Assembly (NCBI RefSeq): GCF_006345805.1
Contig: NC_043004.1
Span: 47,864,001 to 47,928,000 of the forward strand
Origin: Octopus sinensis
Lineage: Eukaryota
Length of the DNA: 64,000 nt
Reading direction: 5' to 3'
Each line of letters begins with the position of its first letter. The stretch's first letter is position 1. Of this stretch, positions 51,771-64,000 are shown one piece after another. The notes beneath the pieces were generated by a model. That model was not told where the DNA came from and did no database searches. It saw only the letters and a program-made list of their open reading frames with translations. A program made the translations under genes and the position numbers.

Positions 51771-51902
51771 GCCCATGGACATGTGCCGCAGTGATTAAGC
51801 CCACGGACATATGGCATAGTGGTTAAGCCTACGGGCATATGGCGTAGTGGTTAAGAGCGCGGGCTGCTAACTCCAAGATTCCGATTTCGATTCCAGCCAG
51901 TC
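51771..51902 (+). mobile_element. tRNA-like SINE head preceded by a 28-bp tandem triplication of its A-box end
   Basis: Units at 51771-51798, 51799-51826 and 51827-51854, then GAGCGCGGGCTGCTAACTCCAAGATTCCGATTTCGATTCC. Confidence 0.8.
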
Positions 51903-51931
51903 TAATGACTGAAACATGTTAAATAGACAAT

Positions 51932-52309
51932 ACTAGCAGTATCGCCCGGCGTTGCTCAGGTTTGTAAGGGAAATAACTATAAAGCATTTTTAGAGAGTTA
52001 TAGCCAAAAAATAGAAAAAAAATGATGGTAAATTTTTTTTTGAGAGTAAAAAAAGTTTGAGTTGCGTCCCCTAGACAGTCTGTGGTTTATTTTTTTTGAT
52101 TCTCGACCCCATGTCGAATTTATCGATTTTTTTCAGAACTGGGGGAACTTTTCAAAATTTTCGCTGCGTTAGTTTTGAATTATGACATTGGGCTATGTGT
52201 GTGTCAAGTTTCATCAGAATCGGTTGAAAGCCGTGGTCAGAGTGAGGGTACGAGAAAACAGACACACAGAAACACGCACAGACAAACTGCCATTTATATA
52301 GAGAGAGAT
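51932..52309 (+). mobile_element. Helentron-type non-autonomous element (HINE/DINE-1-like)
   Basis: Starts ACTAGCAGTATCGCCCGGCGTTGCTCAGG (terminal short hairpin); AAGTTTCATCAGAATCGG near the end, a CAGA/CACA microsatellite-like segment and a TATATAGAGAGAGAT end. Confidence 0.65.
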
Positions 52310-52694
52310 AAAAGATGGCTATTAAACATCAGCGTTGTACATGTTTTAAAATCTTTTTATTTTATGACATGATTCATCCTGTGTCGGGTGTTATTTTTTC
52401 TCATTTCTGGTACCAATATCGAAGAAGTACACCATAAGGACTTTATAATGTCAAAGAGAATTAGTCGGGAATTTGTGAATTTGAAAGTAAGTTCTTCAAA
52501 ATGTTGTTTATTCTGTATATTACAGGAGATTAGTCGACGGAAAACGAAGAATATAAAGTAATATAGTTCTTTAGAGTCACAAGGCCACAAGGTCGAATCG
52601 CTCATCAAAATTTCAAGTTGTTCCTTCACTGGAGAAATAAGAAATAGATTTTCCCACAGGCAAAGTTCTGCTTGGTTAAGATCAAATCCCTCTG

Positions 52695-52781
<87 letters not shown>

Positions 52782-53093
52782 CTCTCTCTCTTCATAGCAC
52801 GCTGAAAAACTCGACGGATTTTGTCTCTATAATCTCGTAAAGAGAGTGGAATTGATCTGCTTTACGACGGGGATAAAGAGGGATAGAGTGAGAAAGTGTG
52901 AGAGAGAGAGAGACAGAGAGAGAGACTGAGAGAGAGGCTGTCTTTGTGGAACTGCCAAAACAACAACTAGACTTGTTTCACCTGTTTTTGCAAGTTTATC
53001 GAGGAAACATATTTAAACTATGTGTGTGTGAGTATCTGTCTGTGCATGTCTGTATGTGTATAAATGTGTGTGTTTGCCTCTGTGTATGTGTGT

Positions 53094-53177
<84 letters not shown>

Positions 53178-53899
53178 ATAGATATGTGTGTCTGTATACC
53201 TATATAGACCATATATACATTTACAAAAATATCTACATACTGAGAAGGTCCCAAAATATTCTTTCTGCTTCTTTCGTTGCCACTGCAGATTTGTGGCTTT
53301 TAGTTTTGACCTATTCGTACTTTACTTGCCAATAATGCCATTTGTCATGTCAGAAAGGATCGTTTATTTGCTGTTACATGTGCAGTCAAATTTATTTTGT
53401 TTTCAATATATTATTTTTGTTCCGTTCAGTAATTATATCTGAGATTTTGCTGAGCTTTGTGCATTTAGTGATATTTGTTTTTGGACGGTTTGGTTGATTT
53501 TAAATGCGCTTCGAAGTAAATTAGCTCAGACTCCTTTGGGATTCAGTGTTTCACTTTAGTCATGATAGGAAGGCATTATTCAGTTGTTTATTAATCAAAG
53601 GTGACAAAATTCCTATATGTTGCGTTTAGGGAATCGGTTTCAGTTTCTCACTGTAAAGCGCGAACCTTTATTTGGACGATATCATGGATTAACAAATTTC
53701 TTTGGTTATACGACAAAAACTTCTAAAATAGACTTTTTCTTGGCTATCACCTTATATTAGCTGGACACACACATTCAAATACATAGAAATGCCCATACAT
53801 ACATACACACACACGAACCCGTGCATGGTGCCACAAATATACAATCACATAAATACATACATGCATGTATATATAAATATATATATATATATATAATAT

Positions 53900-53958
<59 letters not shown>

Positions 53959-55016
53959 TATATGCTGGCAGTCTTTGGGTGCAGAGAAACAGGCACCTAT
54001 TAGGCGCTAATTTCGAAACCGGTTCGACGTTGACCAGTATTGCTTGTTCTGACCTAGCAGAGGTAAAACTTTTCTAATATTCACTGAAATTTTTACTTCC
54101 CATGCATGTAGTAGATTTGTGACTTTACTGTGGCACAGAAATATTTTTGACTTCTATTTTTAGCGATGTAGGTGCTCATATAGTGCCCTCGTATATACAT
54201 ATATATATGTCATGCTGGGATATTGCATTGAATAGTTTAGTCGAACACACCAACCCTGTCCCTCTTTTTTTAAGCTTCATACTACAGCTTTTGAGCCCTA
54301 TGGATGAGCATGCGCATGTCTGAGCATGTGTTTGACATGCTATTTGACATTCACTTCTACTGACATTTTCACATTAGGCTTATCAACTAGAAATTGACGA
54401 TAAGCTTCCACAGGGGAAGAACCCTTTTCCTACCAGCCAGTTTGAAACCGCTATTGTTTTGAAAGCTATCTTTCAGTTTTTACGTGAACTAAATTGAAAC
54501 CTTCAAAATTTCATGTTAATTTATGCTTCGTATGTTAGTTACTTTAGTCTAAATCAGCATTATATAGCTATAGAATTAAAAGTACATTAATCAAAGGGTT
54601 AAAATTTGCTGAAGAATGTAAGATCTTGGTATCGTGCCAGACACCGGTCTACATATATACGTTTTCCATTAAATATATAGCGTTATACTATATAGGTATG
54701 TGAGAGATTTTTTTCGGTTCGCTCGCCCGTATACTGTTGAATCTGTTATCTTCAATGTAAATATTTTTTGGTGGTCCGAATGAGGATTTTAACTCTCATT
54801 TCTAGCGGGTAGACACTAGTCACTTTAATATGTCCGTTGATACGTGTTTATATATATGTGTGTGTGTGAGAGAGAGAGGGAGGGGAGCTTGTGCTTATGT
54901 ATAGGCACACATTCGCACGCGTGTGTGTGTGTGTTACATGTACATACATATATACATACATACATACATACATACATACATACATACATACATACATACA
55001 TACATGATAGATAGAT

Positions 55017-55192
55017 CGTTAGCCACTACGCACATTTTTTCTCTCCTTGTTTTTTCTGTGTACCTTTCTGTAGAAGAGCGTAGGCTCGAAACGTAAAAGG
55101 CTTTATTTTATTCCTGAGCGTTATACTAATACATCTGTTTGTTTTGTACACCACCTGTCTTCGTCTTTTGTTTTTTTCGTAAACTTTCCCTA
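55017..55192 (+). mobile_element. Penelope-like short repeat with hammerhead-like motif at 55063-55100
   Basis: CCUUU-CUGUAGA-A-GAGC-GUAG-GCUC-GAAAC-GUA-AAAGG; flanked by (ACAT)n on both sides. Confidence 0.7.
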
Positions 55193-55248
55193 TACATACA
55201 TACATACATACATACATACATACATACATACATACATACATACATACA

Positions 55249-55280
<32 letters not shown>

Positions 55281-55295
55281 CATACCTATAATTTG

Positions 55296-56204
55296 TTTCT
55301 GGGAAAAATACCATTTATGAGATGTTTCACGAAGGGTTGAAAAAACAGTACGATGAACATGAAGCGAAGCTTCTCCTGGACTCGTGAACGCCACATCACG
55401 TCAAACATCGAAGGTTATGCATTTGCAATCCAAGAACAGGAGATTGCTACGAAATTCTTAATCAACAAAAGAGACAGTGGAAGCCCTTGGAACTTCAAGA
55501 TGCAACCGAAAATGTAAATTATGTCATATTTCTGTGGACGAAATCACATATGTGAATAGCAGCTACCCAAAATGTCATCGAGGCACTAGCTCCTTTCGCG
55601 ACAAGATGTTGTCCCAGAAAAAACAATATACAATACCTTTCGGGAAAAAGACTGTCTGGAATAAATATAGAGAATCCTCTGTTATGAACATATACAAAGA
55701 TATCAACAGAAGAAATACTGGTGGAGCATTTTCATCAAACCATTTTTCAAGTGTAAGTATAAGAGGTCTAGTGTTGTTTAGAACAGTCAAGAAAAGGTAT
55801 GTGCCATCACAGAGTTCGATATCTCTTTGAAAATCAATAAGAAAGATTATAACGATGGACAAATGCTTTGAAACCTCCAGTTTTGTTATCCAGATTTTAA
55901 ATTCACATTTAAACCAATAGTACTTGGCGCATTTGGCTTTATGAGAAATGACTAAGTGATAAACTGGATAAGCTGAGATTTTCAGAAAAAGAAATCAACC
56001 AACTAACTTGCACATCACAAAGGGAACTTGAAAGTGGTACAGTAAAAATATGCAAGACTTTTCTCATGTTTAAAATATAACATTGTGTTTGTTATCTACA
56101 TTCTAACGATGGAGCTTTATAAACAGCTCCTTCCTGAGAGTAAGAAGTTAGATATTTAAAAACAGAAGAGAAATTGCATATACATACATACATACATACA
56201 TACA

Positions 56205-56235
<31 letters not shown>

Positions 56236-56310
56236 CATTTATGTATATATGAACATGTCTAGATATGCAAGTATATGCAAGAGAAGACATACATAAAACA
56301 ATATATACAA
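55296..56310 (+). mobile_element. R4/Dong-like RLE LINE, decayed 3' region
   Basis: FSWTRERHITSNIEGYAFAIQEQEIATK...CNRKCKLCH (zinc finger)...FKFTFKPIVLGAFG...GTVKICKTFL*, then 3' UTR. Confidence 0.85.
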
Positions 56311-56557
56311 ATCTACACGTGCACATACATACAAAAAAGAAACCGGCTCTTTCTCTATTGGTAAGAAATAAAACTGAATAATGACATTCATAGGGAAACA
56401 CAATAGAGAAAGACACTCGTACTTATGTAATATATATTACATAATATATACACACATATACATCTATATATATATACGCATGTAAACACATAACAAATAC
56501 ATATACACACACATACATATCTATGTGTGTGTATGTATATGCATGTTAAGTGTTTCC

Positions 56558-56601
<44 letters not shown>

Positions 56602-57415
56602 GTGTAGATATATATTATGTAATATATATTAAATATGCATTTTTACTTGTTCTAGTTTTATTTACTTTATCCCTAATCATTTTCTAATCAATCTGTAAAT
56701 CCTTCACCCGAGCATATAATAGTACAAATCATAAACCGTAATATTTAGTCTGCTGAAATGAATTGATAGGTCCACATATAACATCTCATGGTACATCTTT
56801 TTTTTCTCTGATGAAATAATGCTCATCTCACACAAGTGCAAATTTAATGTACAAATTTGTACTTAAATTGAAACGGTTGTAAGAATCGTAGGTGACCAAT
56901 TTGTTAATGATAAATAATTGTTAATTTCCCTATCTCCATTTTCTTTTCTTCTTTTAACTGGATATAAACTATATGCTTAATATATACCTATTGTTTTAAG
57001 GGAATATCATTCCCCAACAATACTAGATATTGAATCAGCATTTCCTTCAATGCAACCACCCCTTCACCAGGTTAAAATATGCTGCCATTCTCAACAATTA
57101 TACAAGACTGAAAATACTGATGGTCGGTACAATCTATTAAATTTATCCAGTACTAAACTATTACTTTGTTTTCTTGAAACGAGAATGATGCTACTCTAAG
57201 TTGACGGAATTTATATTGAAAATATAAAAATAAAATCTATGTAAACACTACAAGCAATTATTCCTGACACTAACGATTCTATATGGGTGTCTTTTATTGT
57301 ATAGTTCTTGTAATTTGGGGAACACATTATAATTGTATATGAGAGTTATTTTATAGATATGGAAAGTGCTTTGAAAGAATTATAATCTATTACCGTGTTT
57401 TAGAACTGATATTCA

Positions 57416-57620
57416 TTTCAAATTTTGGCACAAAGCCAGTAGTTTAGGGGGAGGCGAAAGTCGATTATATCGACCCCGATGTTCAATGGGTACTTATTTT
57501 ATCGACCCTGAAATGATGACCGGCGAAGCCCACATCGGCGGAATTTGAATTCAGAATGTAAAGACAGACGAAATGCTACGCTTTTTCTCCGCCGTGTAAC
57601 CAATTCTACCAGCTCACTAC
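57416..57620 (-). mobile_element. SINE family A
   Basis: TTTCAAATTTTGGCACAAAGCC...ATCGACCC...GGCGGAATTTGAATTCAGAA...CCAGCTCAC on plus. Confidence 0.8.
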
Positions 57621-58592
57621 CTTTGTTGGAACTAATATTTTTATATTTAAGAAGAGCTGTGATTAATAAAAAAAACATTCACCGCTAGTTTCGCTATTGT
57701 TCTATTGTTCACTTCCCATTTTTGTGGTTGGAGAGCTTGTTTAAAAAAACAAAGAACAGTTTATAATAGACAAGCAACCGGTAAATGTGTTTATAGACTT
57801 CAGCAATCATGACCCTTCCTAAATATAACAAAAAGGTCATTTTATATATTTTCTTTTAATATTTATATTGTGTTTGGCCGATTACATGAAACAAACTGAA
57901 CACTTTCGGTCAGTGGTCGAATGCTCTATCAATCCAGCCAGCTGCTACATAACTCTCTAGACAATAAATACATAAAAATATTTTTATTCTCTTTTACTTT
58001 TACGATTACAAGACAAACGACTCGAATGTAAATACTTACAGTCAAATTGATAAGAGACTCTTGAAAGTATGATTGCTACGTACCACATCGCCATCTTACA
58101 CAGAAACTTATAAATTTTATGGTCGATGTCTGACTGAAATGTACAATTCCTCGTCTAAAAAGATGAAATTACCAAAACAATATCATAAAAACTTCATTTT
58201 TCCTGTTTATTGCCTCTCTCATCAACATTGTGGTATCCGTTTTTTCGATTCAGTGATGGCGACTGTTTGAATATCCAGACATTTATTGAATAGATCATAC
58301 CGGAAATAAAGGCTACGCTGCAACTCACCGCTTCCACTTTCGTACGAAGATCATTTATATCGTTCAAACAAGGACATGTTAGGTAGATACTGCCGGCTTC
58401 CTCTGGTGCTTAAAATAGTGTATTGATTCATATAACATCAACACTTAATTCCACCATTGTTCTTCGCACACCTTAATACTTTACCTATATACTTACTAAC
58501 ATAGGTACAAGGTTATGTATGCCTATAAATGTGTGTATGCATATCCATGTGTGTATACAAAGATATATATATACATACATATATATGTATAA

Positions 58593-58625
<33 letters not shown>

Positions 58626-58643
58626 TGTATGTATGAATATAAA

Positions 58644-58784
<141 letters not shown>

Positions 58785-58869
58785 TATTCATATGATATAT
58801 ATATTTATAAGCCTTTATATGTTTATGTATGATCTTATGTATATAGAGTATAAACATATAAGTATATAT

Positions 58870-59007
58870 AGGGAGGCACGGGTGTGACCGTGTGGCAAGA
58901 AATTAAATCCCAACCACATGGTTCCGGGTACAGGCCCACTGAGTGTGGCATTGTGGGCCATTCGTGAGTGGATTTGGTAGACGGAAACTGAAAGAATCTC
59001 GTTTTAT

Positions 59008-59083
<76 letters not shown>

Positions 59084-59095
59084 GTAGATAGATAG
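58870..59095 (+). mobile_element. SINE family B with (AGAT)n tail
   Basis: CCCAACCACATGGTTCCGGGT...GTGAGTGGATTTGGTAGACGGAAACTGAAAGAA. Confidence 0.8.
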
Positions 59096-59098
59096 ATT

Positions 59099-59335
59099 CA
59101 GTGGAGGCGCGTGGTTTAGTGGTTTGGTTGTTGAACTCATGATCGTAAGATTGGGATTTCGATTCCTGGACCGGGCGCTGCATTGTGTTCTTGAACAAAA
59201 CACTTCACTTCATGTTGCACCAGTCCACTCACTGGCGAAAATTAGTAATCCTGCGACAGACCAGCGTCCCATCAAGTTGGGGATTATATACGCCATTGAA
59301 ACCGGGAAACCGGACCGCATGAGCCTTGCATGATT
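59099..59335 (+). mobile_element. tRNA-derived SINE with V-like and Meta-like central domains
   Basis: GGCGCGTGGTTTAGTGG (A box), GATTTCGATTCC (B box), TGTGTTCTTGAACAAAACACTT (V-like), CCTGCGACAGACCAGCGTCCCATC...GAAACCGGG (Meta-like; domain assignment from recall). Confidence 0.65.
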
Positions 59336-59469
59336 GGAGAAGGAAAAATCTTTCATTTATTTATATAAATATTCTACAGAAAATAAAGGAAACCACGAAC
59401 GCAGTCTTCTTGCGTTGGAGAATTTCTTTATTTTGTGTAGATTACTGTCACACTCGACATTTATGTGTT

Positions 59470-59516
<47 letters not shown>

Positions 59517-59537
59517 GAGAGAGAGTGAGAGAGACAG

Positions 59538-59610
<73 letters not shown>

Positions 59611-59878
59611 CATACATACATACATACATACATACATACATACATACATACATACATACATACATACATGTATTGATTTTTGTTTTTATGTTCAAGTATA
59701 ATAAAAACATTTCTACATTAGTGTAATACGCTACGCTATACTTTTTGGGAGAACAAATTTCTTAGTCTTAAAAAAGGATGTTGTTGACAGTGACTTCGAA
59801 GATTTGGCCAGCTAAGCCAGCATCGTTCTTTCAGTTTGCTTGCATACAAGTATACATTTTATGTGTTTGCCTATATAT

Positions 59879-59921
<43 letters not shown>

Positions 59922-59989
59922 ATGTATATGTATATAAGTTTGTGTAGAAAACCTTTCGTGAGAATTTTTGTTGGAGGTAGGGAAACTTT

Positions 59990-60740
59990 TACATAGTTTC
60001 CAATTTACTTGTTTGGTGCAAAAGTGTAAAGATGTAAGAGTGTTTTGTTTTATTTTATGGGGATTGTTAATAGTGTAGGTGGATGAAGGGGAGTTTGTGA
60101 GGAGATATTAACAAGTTTAACCATTAGAAAGAATAATTGGTTAGAAGCGTTTTAATGTTTTTTCAAGATTTTGTGCTTGCATGAAGAGACTAGGTCGGAG
60201 TTCCGGTGTAAGATTTCGGCCATGAATGTTAGAATGTGATAGGATATATAGTACGATTTTGGCAGGGTTCGTTATTACTTTGGTATGCTTATGCGTGAAA
60301 AAGTACTTTCCACTAAACGGAGTTTCTTATATTTTAATCGTCACATATTTGGTAGTGACGTAACGTTTTTCTTGTTTGGGTTGCGAAAAGTGTGTGTGAG
60401 TTGGTTCTATCGTATATTTAGCTAGTTTGCTGTAGATCTCATGTACGTAGATGTAGTAGTTCATGTCATGTTTGTAATTACTGTTTCCATATAGAGAGCA
60501 GGTGAAGACGTTCTTCAAGTACAATTGTTATTGTGTATGTGGTTTAGGCTTTCAATTTTAAACAATTTTTGGTACTTGAAGTTGGATACAATTTCTTCAA
60601 AGTTGTTTGTTGAGGAGTTTGACAATTTTACATTGTTTAGTTTATTAGATTGTAATACTTGTGGTTGGGGTGGAAGTATTTCTGCTCTATTTTGAAAAAT
60701 AATTTAGCTAGTAGTGTGAAGACTTGTATGTTGATGGCGG
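59990..60740 (-). pseudogene. Decayed, strand-skewed ORF-like block, possibly retroelement ORF1
   Basis: GT-rich plus strand like the LINE at 1-2300. Minus-strand frames QNRAEILPPQPQ...KIESLNH and LKNVFTC...VTIKI*ETPFSGKYFFTHKHTKVITNPAK...LEKTLKRF* join with few breaks; no diagnostic motif. Confidence 0.35.
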
Positions 60741-61019
60741 ATTATACCGCATAATTTTCCTTTTTCTTATTCTCACGTATTTTATTTATTGTGCGAAGAT
60801 TGCTGTTTACATATTACACCTTTTCCTTGAAAGTGCTATTATTGAGAGCTTCGTCCCACGATAGTTGAGCACAAAATTTATTCTGCCACTTATCATGAGG
60901 AAGCTACACAGTTAACAACCTAAATTTTAACCTTTGAACAACATACAAACGACTCTTATCCACTCTCTCACCAGACAGATTAAATTTGGACTGTCTTGAA
61001 TATAAATAAAATGTTCACT

Positions 61020-61400
61020 CAACCATGTCGGCCTTCTTTTTAGGCGCAAAATATACCGTCACATGACACTAACGCACGGACGTAGCGGGAAACGTACAAA
61101 AAGATATAAACTTAAGTGTTCATTCTTTGCAAACACTTGGCAGAAAACATTCAGAGCTTTGATTGTTTGGACTTTTTCAGTGAACCGTGTCAGCCTTAGC
61201 GTACGACGCCAAACATTGTCACTTTTTAAATAACACACAAGCATGGCGGGGAACCTACAAAAATTTCTAAGACCAAGTCATGTGACTATCCTCTACCAAT
61301 CAAATCTTATTCAAAACTTATTCTAATTTGAGACATGAACTCACTATAAAAACAGGGCAAGCTTCAAACACTGACAGCTGCGACATAAGCCACGTGATTG
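61020..61400. promoter_or_regulatory. Candidate CpG-rich (possibly bidirectional) promoter
   Basis: GTCACATGAC 61058-61067, CATGGCGG about 61243, GTCATGTGAC 61277-61286, CCAATCA 61296, TATAAAAA 61345-61352, CA at 61375-61376 (31 nt from the TATA start), CACGTG about 61392. Confidence 0.4.
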
Positions 61401-61798
61401 TATTTTAACTTTGTGAAAATCAGTGTAAACTGTGAAACCGGTTAAAACTTCAAATATGTTAAAGATTATTTCAACTATTCTCAGTGCCTTTTCAACTTCT
61501 ATTTTACCTATGTGTGTGTGATGAGGAGGAGGATGCTTTCATTATAAGACCTCTTGAGTTAGACAACAAGTAGTACGGCATAAGTTCGTATATGCAAAAT
61601 AAATTGTTTTAAAGAGGTAGAATTTATTTTGTTGTTTATTTTATATAGTATATTGTGAACAATAGCGTCGTTTGGTTGTAGCTCTCAAACTAACTCTTTA
61701 CTGGTTGGCTACATTTCATGCAGCAAACTAATCAGGAATTACATCGATGCAGTTAATTCTAAACGGCGTCTTTATGCGGAAATACCTTATATATATTT

Positions 61799-62165
61799 AG
61801 GCGCAGGCGTGGCTACGTGGTAAGAAGCTTGCTTCACAACCACATGGTTCTTGGTTCAGTACCACTGCCTTGCACCTTGGACAAGTGTCTTGGGCTAACC
61901 AAAGCCTTGTGTGAGTATTTCGAAGGCGGAAACAGAAAGAAGCAAGTGGTATATACATGTGTGTGTATGTTTGTCCCCTCATCACCACTTGACAACCAGT
62001 GTTGGTGTGTTTACGTGCCCGTGTCCGTAATTTAGCGGACCGGAAAAGAGACCGATAGAATATAAGTACTAGGCTTTATAAAAATAAGTCTTGGGGTCAA
62101 TTTATTTGACTAAAACCATTTAAACCTGTGCTCCAGTATGGCTGCTGTCAAATGACTGAAAGAAG
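61799..62165 (+). mobile_element. Full-length SINE family B
   Basis: AGGCGCAGGCGTGGCTACGTGGTAAGAAGCTTGCTTC...GGTTCAGTACC; 3' end GTCAAATGACTGAAAGAAGTAAAAGAAT. Confidence 0.88.
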
Positions 62166-62185
62166 TAAAAGAATGAAAAAAATAA

Positions 62186-62737
62186 GGCGAGCTGGCAGAA
62201 TGCTAAGCGGCATTTAGTCCGTCTTCAGATGATTCTGAGTTGAAATTCCACTGCTGTCGACTTTGCCTTTCATCATTTGGATGTCGAAAAAAGGGTACCA
62301 GTTGGTTACTGGGGTGGAAGTAATCGGCCTGCCCCGTCTCCTCCACTCGCTGGCCTTGTATCAAAATCTGAAATCAATATTTTGTGTAAAAAAAACATAT
62401 AACGCGTCGAGCTGGCAGAATTGTTAGCATGCCAGGCAAAATGCTTAGCGGTACTTCGTCTGTCTTTAGGTTCTGAGTTCATATTCTGCCGCGGTCGACG
62501 TTTCCTAAACACTGGGATTGATGTATTACTTTGATCGAGCTGGAAGAATCGTTAGCACGCCGAGGAAATGCTTAGCGGCATTTCGTCCGTCTTCACGTTC
62601 TCAGTACAAATTCTAACAATGTTGACTTTGCCTTTCATCCTTCGGGGTCAATAAAAAAAGTCTACTAGTCGAGCACTGAGGCGGATGTAATCGACTTAAC
62701 CCGTCTCCTAACTTGCTGGCCTTGTGCCAAAATTTGA
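62186..62737 (+). mobile_element. Three tandem SINE family A copies
   Basis: GAGCTGGCAGAAT heads at about 62189, 62410 and 62537, each followed by the family body. Confidence 0.88.
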
Positions 62738-63699
62738 AATAGATATTTTATATAAAATATGTGTTTTCAGTTTAAAATTAAAACCAATATATATATGACC
62801 TGCTTCAGTATGTTACCCGTCTAACGAATTCCGCTCAGAAGAAATTCATCGACCTAAAAATATGGTATAACTTGACGTGCGTTCTGAGCAAATGGAGCAA
62901 ATTCGAAACTACGTGGTAGCAAAGACAGCTTCTTAACCACACAGCCAGCATCTAATCTTAATGGAATGATTTTTTTTATTCTTTATCTTCCTCTATAGTC
63001 AAGTATTTTACATATAATGAAAATATCTTACACTTACTATTGTAAATATAAATTAGTTGTTGTTATTACGCTCATGGTTATTATCCCCGAGTTTATTGGT
63101 TAAAACAAGTTTCCTATTAGTGGGCTACCGTTGTTTTGATCAGCAGTGTGTAAAGGTTTTTTGAAGATATTTCATGCATCATATTTATTATTATTTTTGT
63201 TGTTCGTGTTGCTGCTGTTATTAATATTTTATATATATTTATTGTTATCCGTATCAAAGTGTGTGCATATAAAAACGAATATCTATTCATACACACATGT
63301 GAAACATACAGCAGGTAAAGAAAGAGAAAGAGGGAAAGAAAGTCGAGGAGAAGAGCATGTAAGAGAGATGGGGAGTGTGGGAGAGTTGGTAACGAAAGTG
63401 AAAGCATTATCCCTTGTTGAATTTTGCTGAAAATGCCATCAAACATGACACGTATGATCCCAAAGTTTATTACGGATACATTGGTATTATGTTTCCACAT
63501 GGAATCATCGGTCTCTATAATGTAACTGACTGTTTCATTGTTTAAATTTGTTTTTGGATGCTTTGCTTACTTTCTTATAATCTTGTTTTCAACGAAATTA
63601 AAATGTAATCAACCATTTCAGGAATTATATTGCCTCAGGAATTTTCTTATATTCTAGGTTTTTAATGGAATTATTTTCTTATTTTCTATCTCACCCTCT

Positions 63700-63704
63700 C
63701 TCTT

Positions 63705-63780
<76 letters not shown>
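63700..63780. repeat. (CT)n microsatellite
   Basis: Seen directly. Confidence 0.95.
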
Positions 63781-64000
63781 GAAATCAATATAAATATTTA
63801 AAAGAAAACCTTTTGGCAGCAATATGCGAAAAGCAAATGTGAAAGGGTGAGGGATTGTTAATGTTTAAATTAAACACGTGTAAGCTCTATTCAATAATAT
63901 GACCTACACATTGGCAATTTCAGGATGGACATTTGATTAAAAGTCGACGGAATTCTAAACACAGAAAGTTATAGACGTATGTTATTAATACATTATACTG

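Noticed and set aside
28411-51854. CRISPR-like repeat-spacer arrays (28411, 45558, 51771)
   Set aside because: Eukaryotic context, contiguous units without unique spacers, and no cas genes.

Overview
Eukaryotic, very AT-rich and saturated with microsatellites and SINEs; the repeat families and texture point to an octopod cephalopod (Octopus-like; inference). No host protein-coding gene can be called with confidence. Most ORFs in the track are translations of (TA)n/(CA)n/(TATG)n/(AGAT)n tracts. Supported features: (1) the 5' part of a minus-strand Tx1/L1-type LINE (CCHC-knuckle ORF1, plus an APE-endonuclease ORF2 running off the left edge that the track missed); (2) 3' fragments of CR1-group LINEs and R4/Dong-like RLE LINEs; (3) at least five decayed Tc1/mariner pieces, a foldback MITE and a Helentron-type non-autonomous element; (4) many tRNA-derived SINEs, some nested or tandem. 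The most notable signal is about ten minimal type I hammerhead ribozyme motifs (plus half-motifs) from several unrelated Penelope-like repeat families, with covarying stems and palindromic stem III; one family has a non-canonical A6U core in both copies. There is also a CpG-rich candidate bidirectional promoter near 61.0-61.4 kb and a few weak exon candidates.
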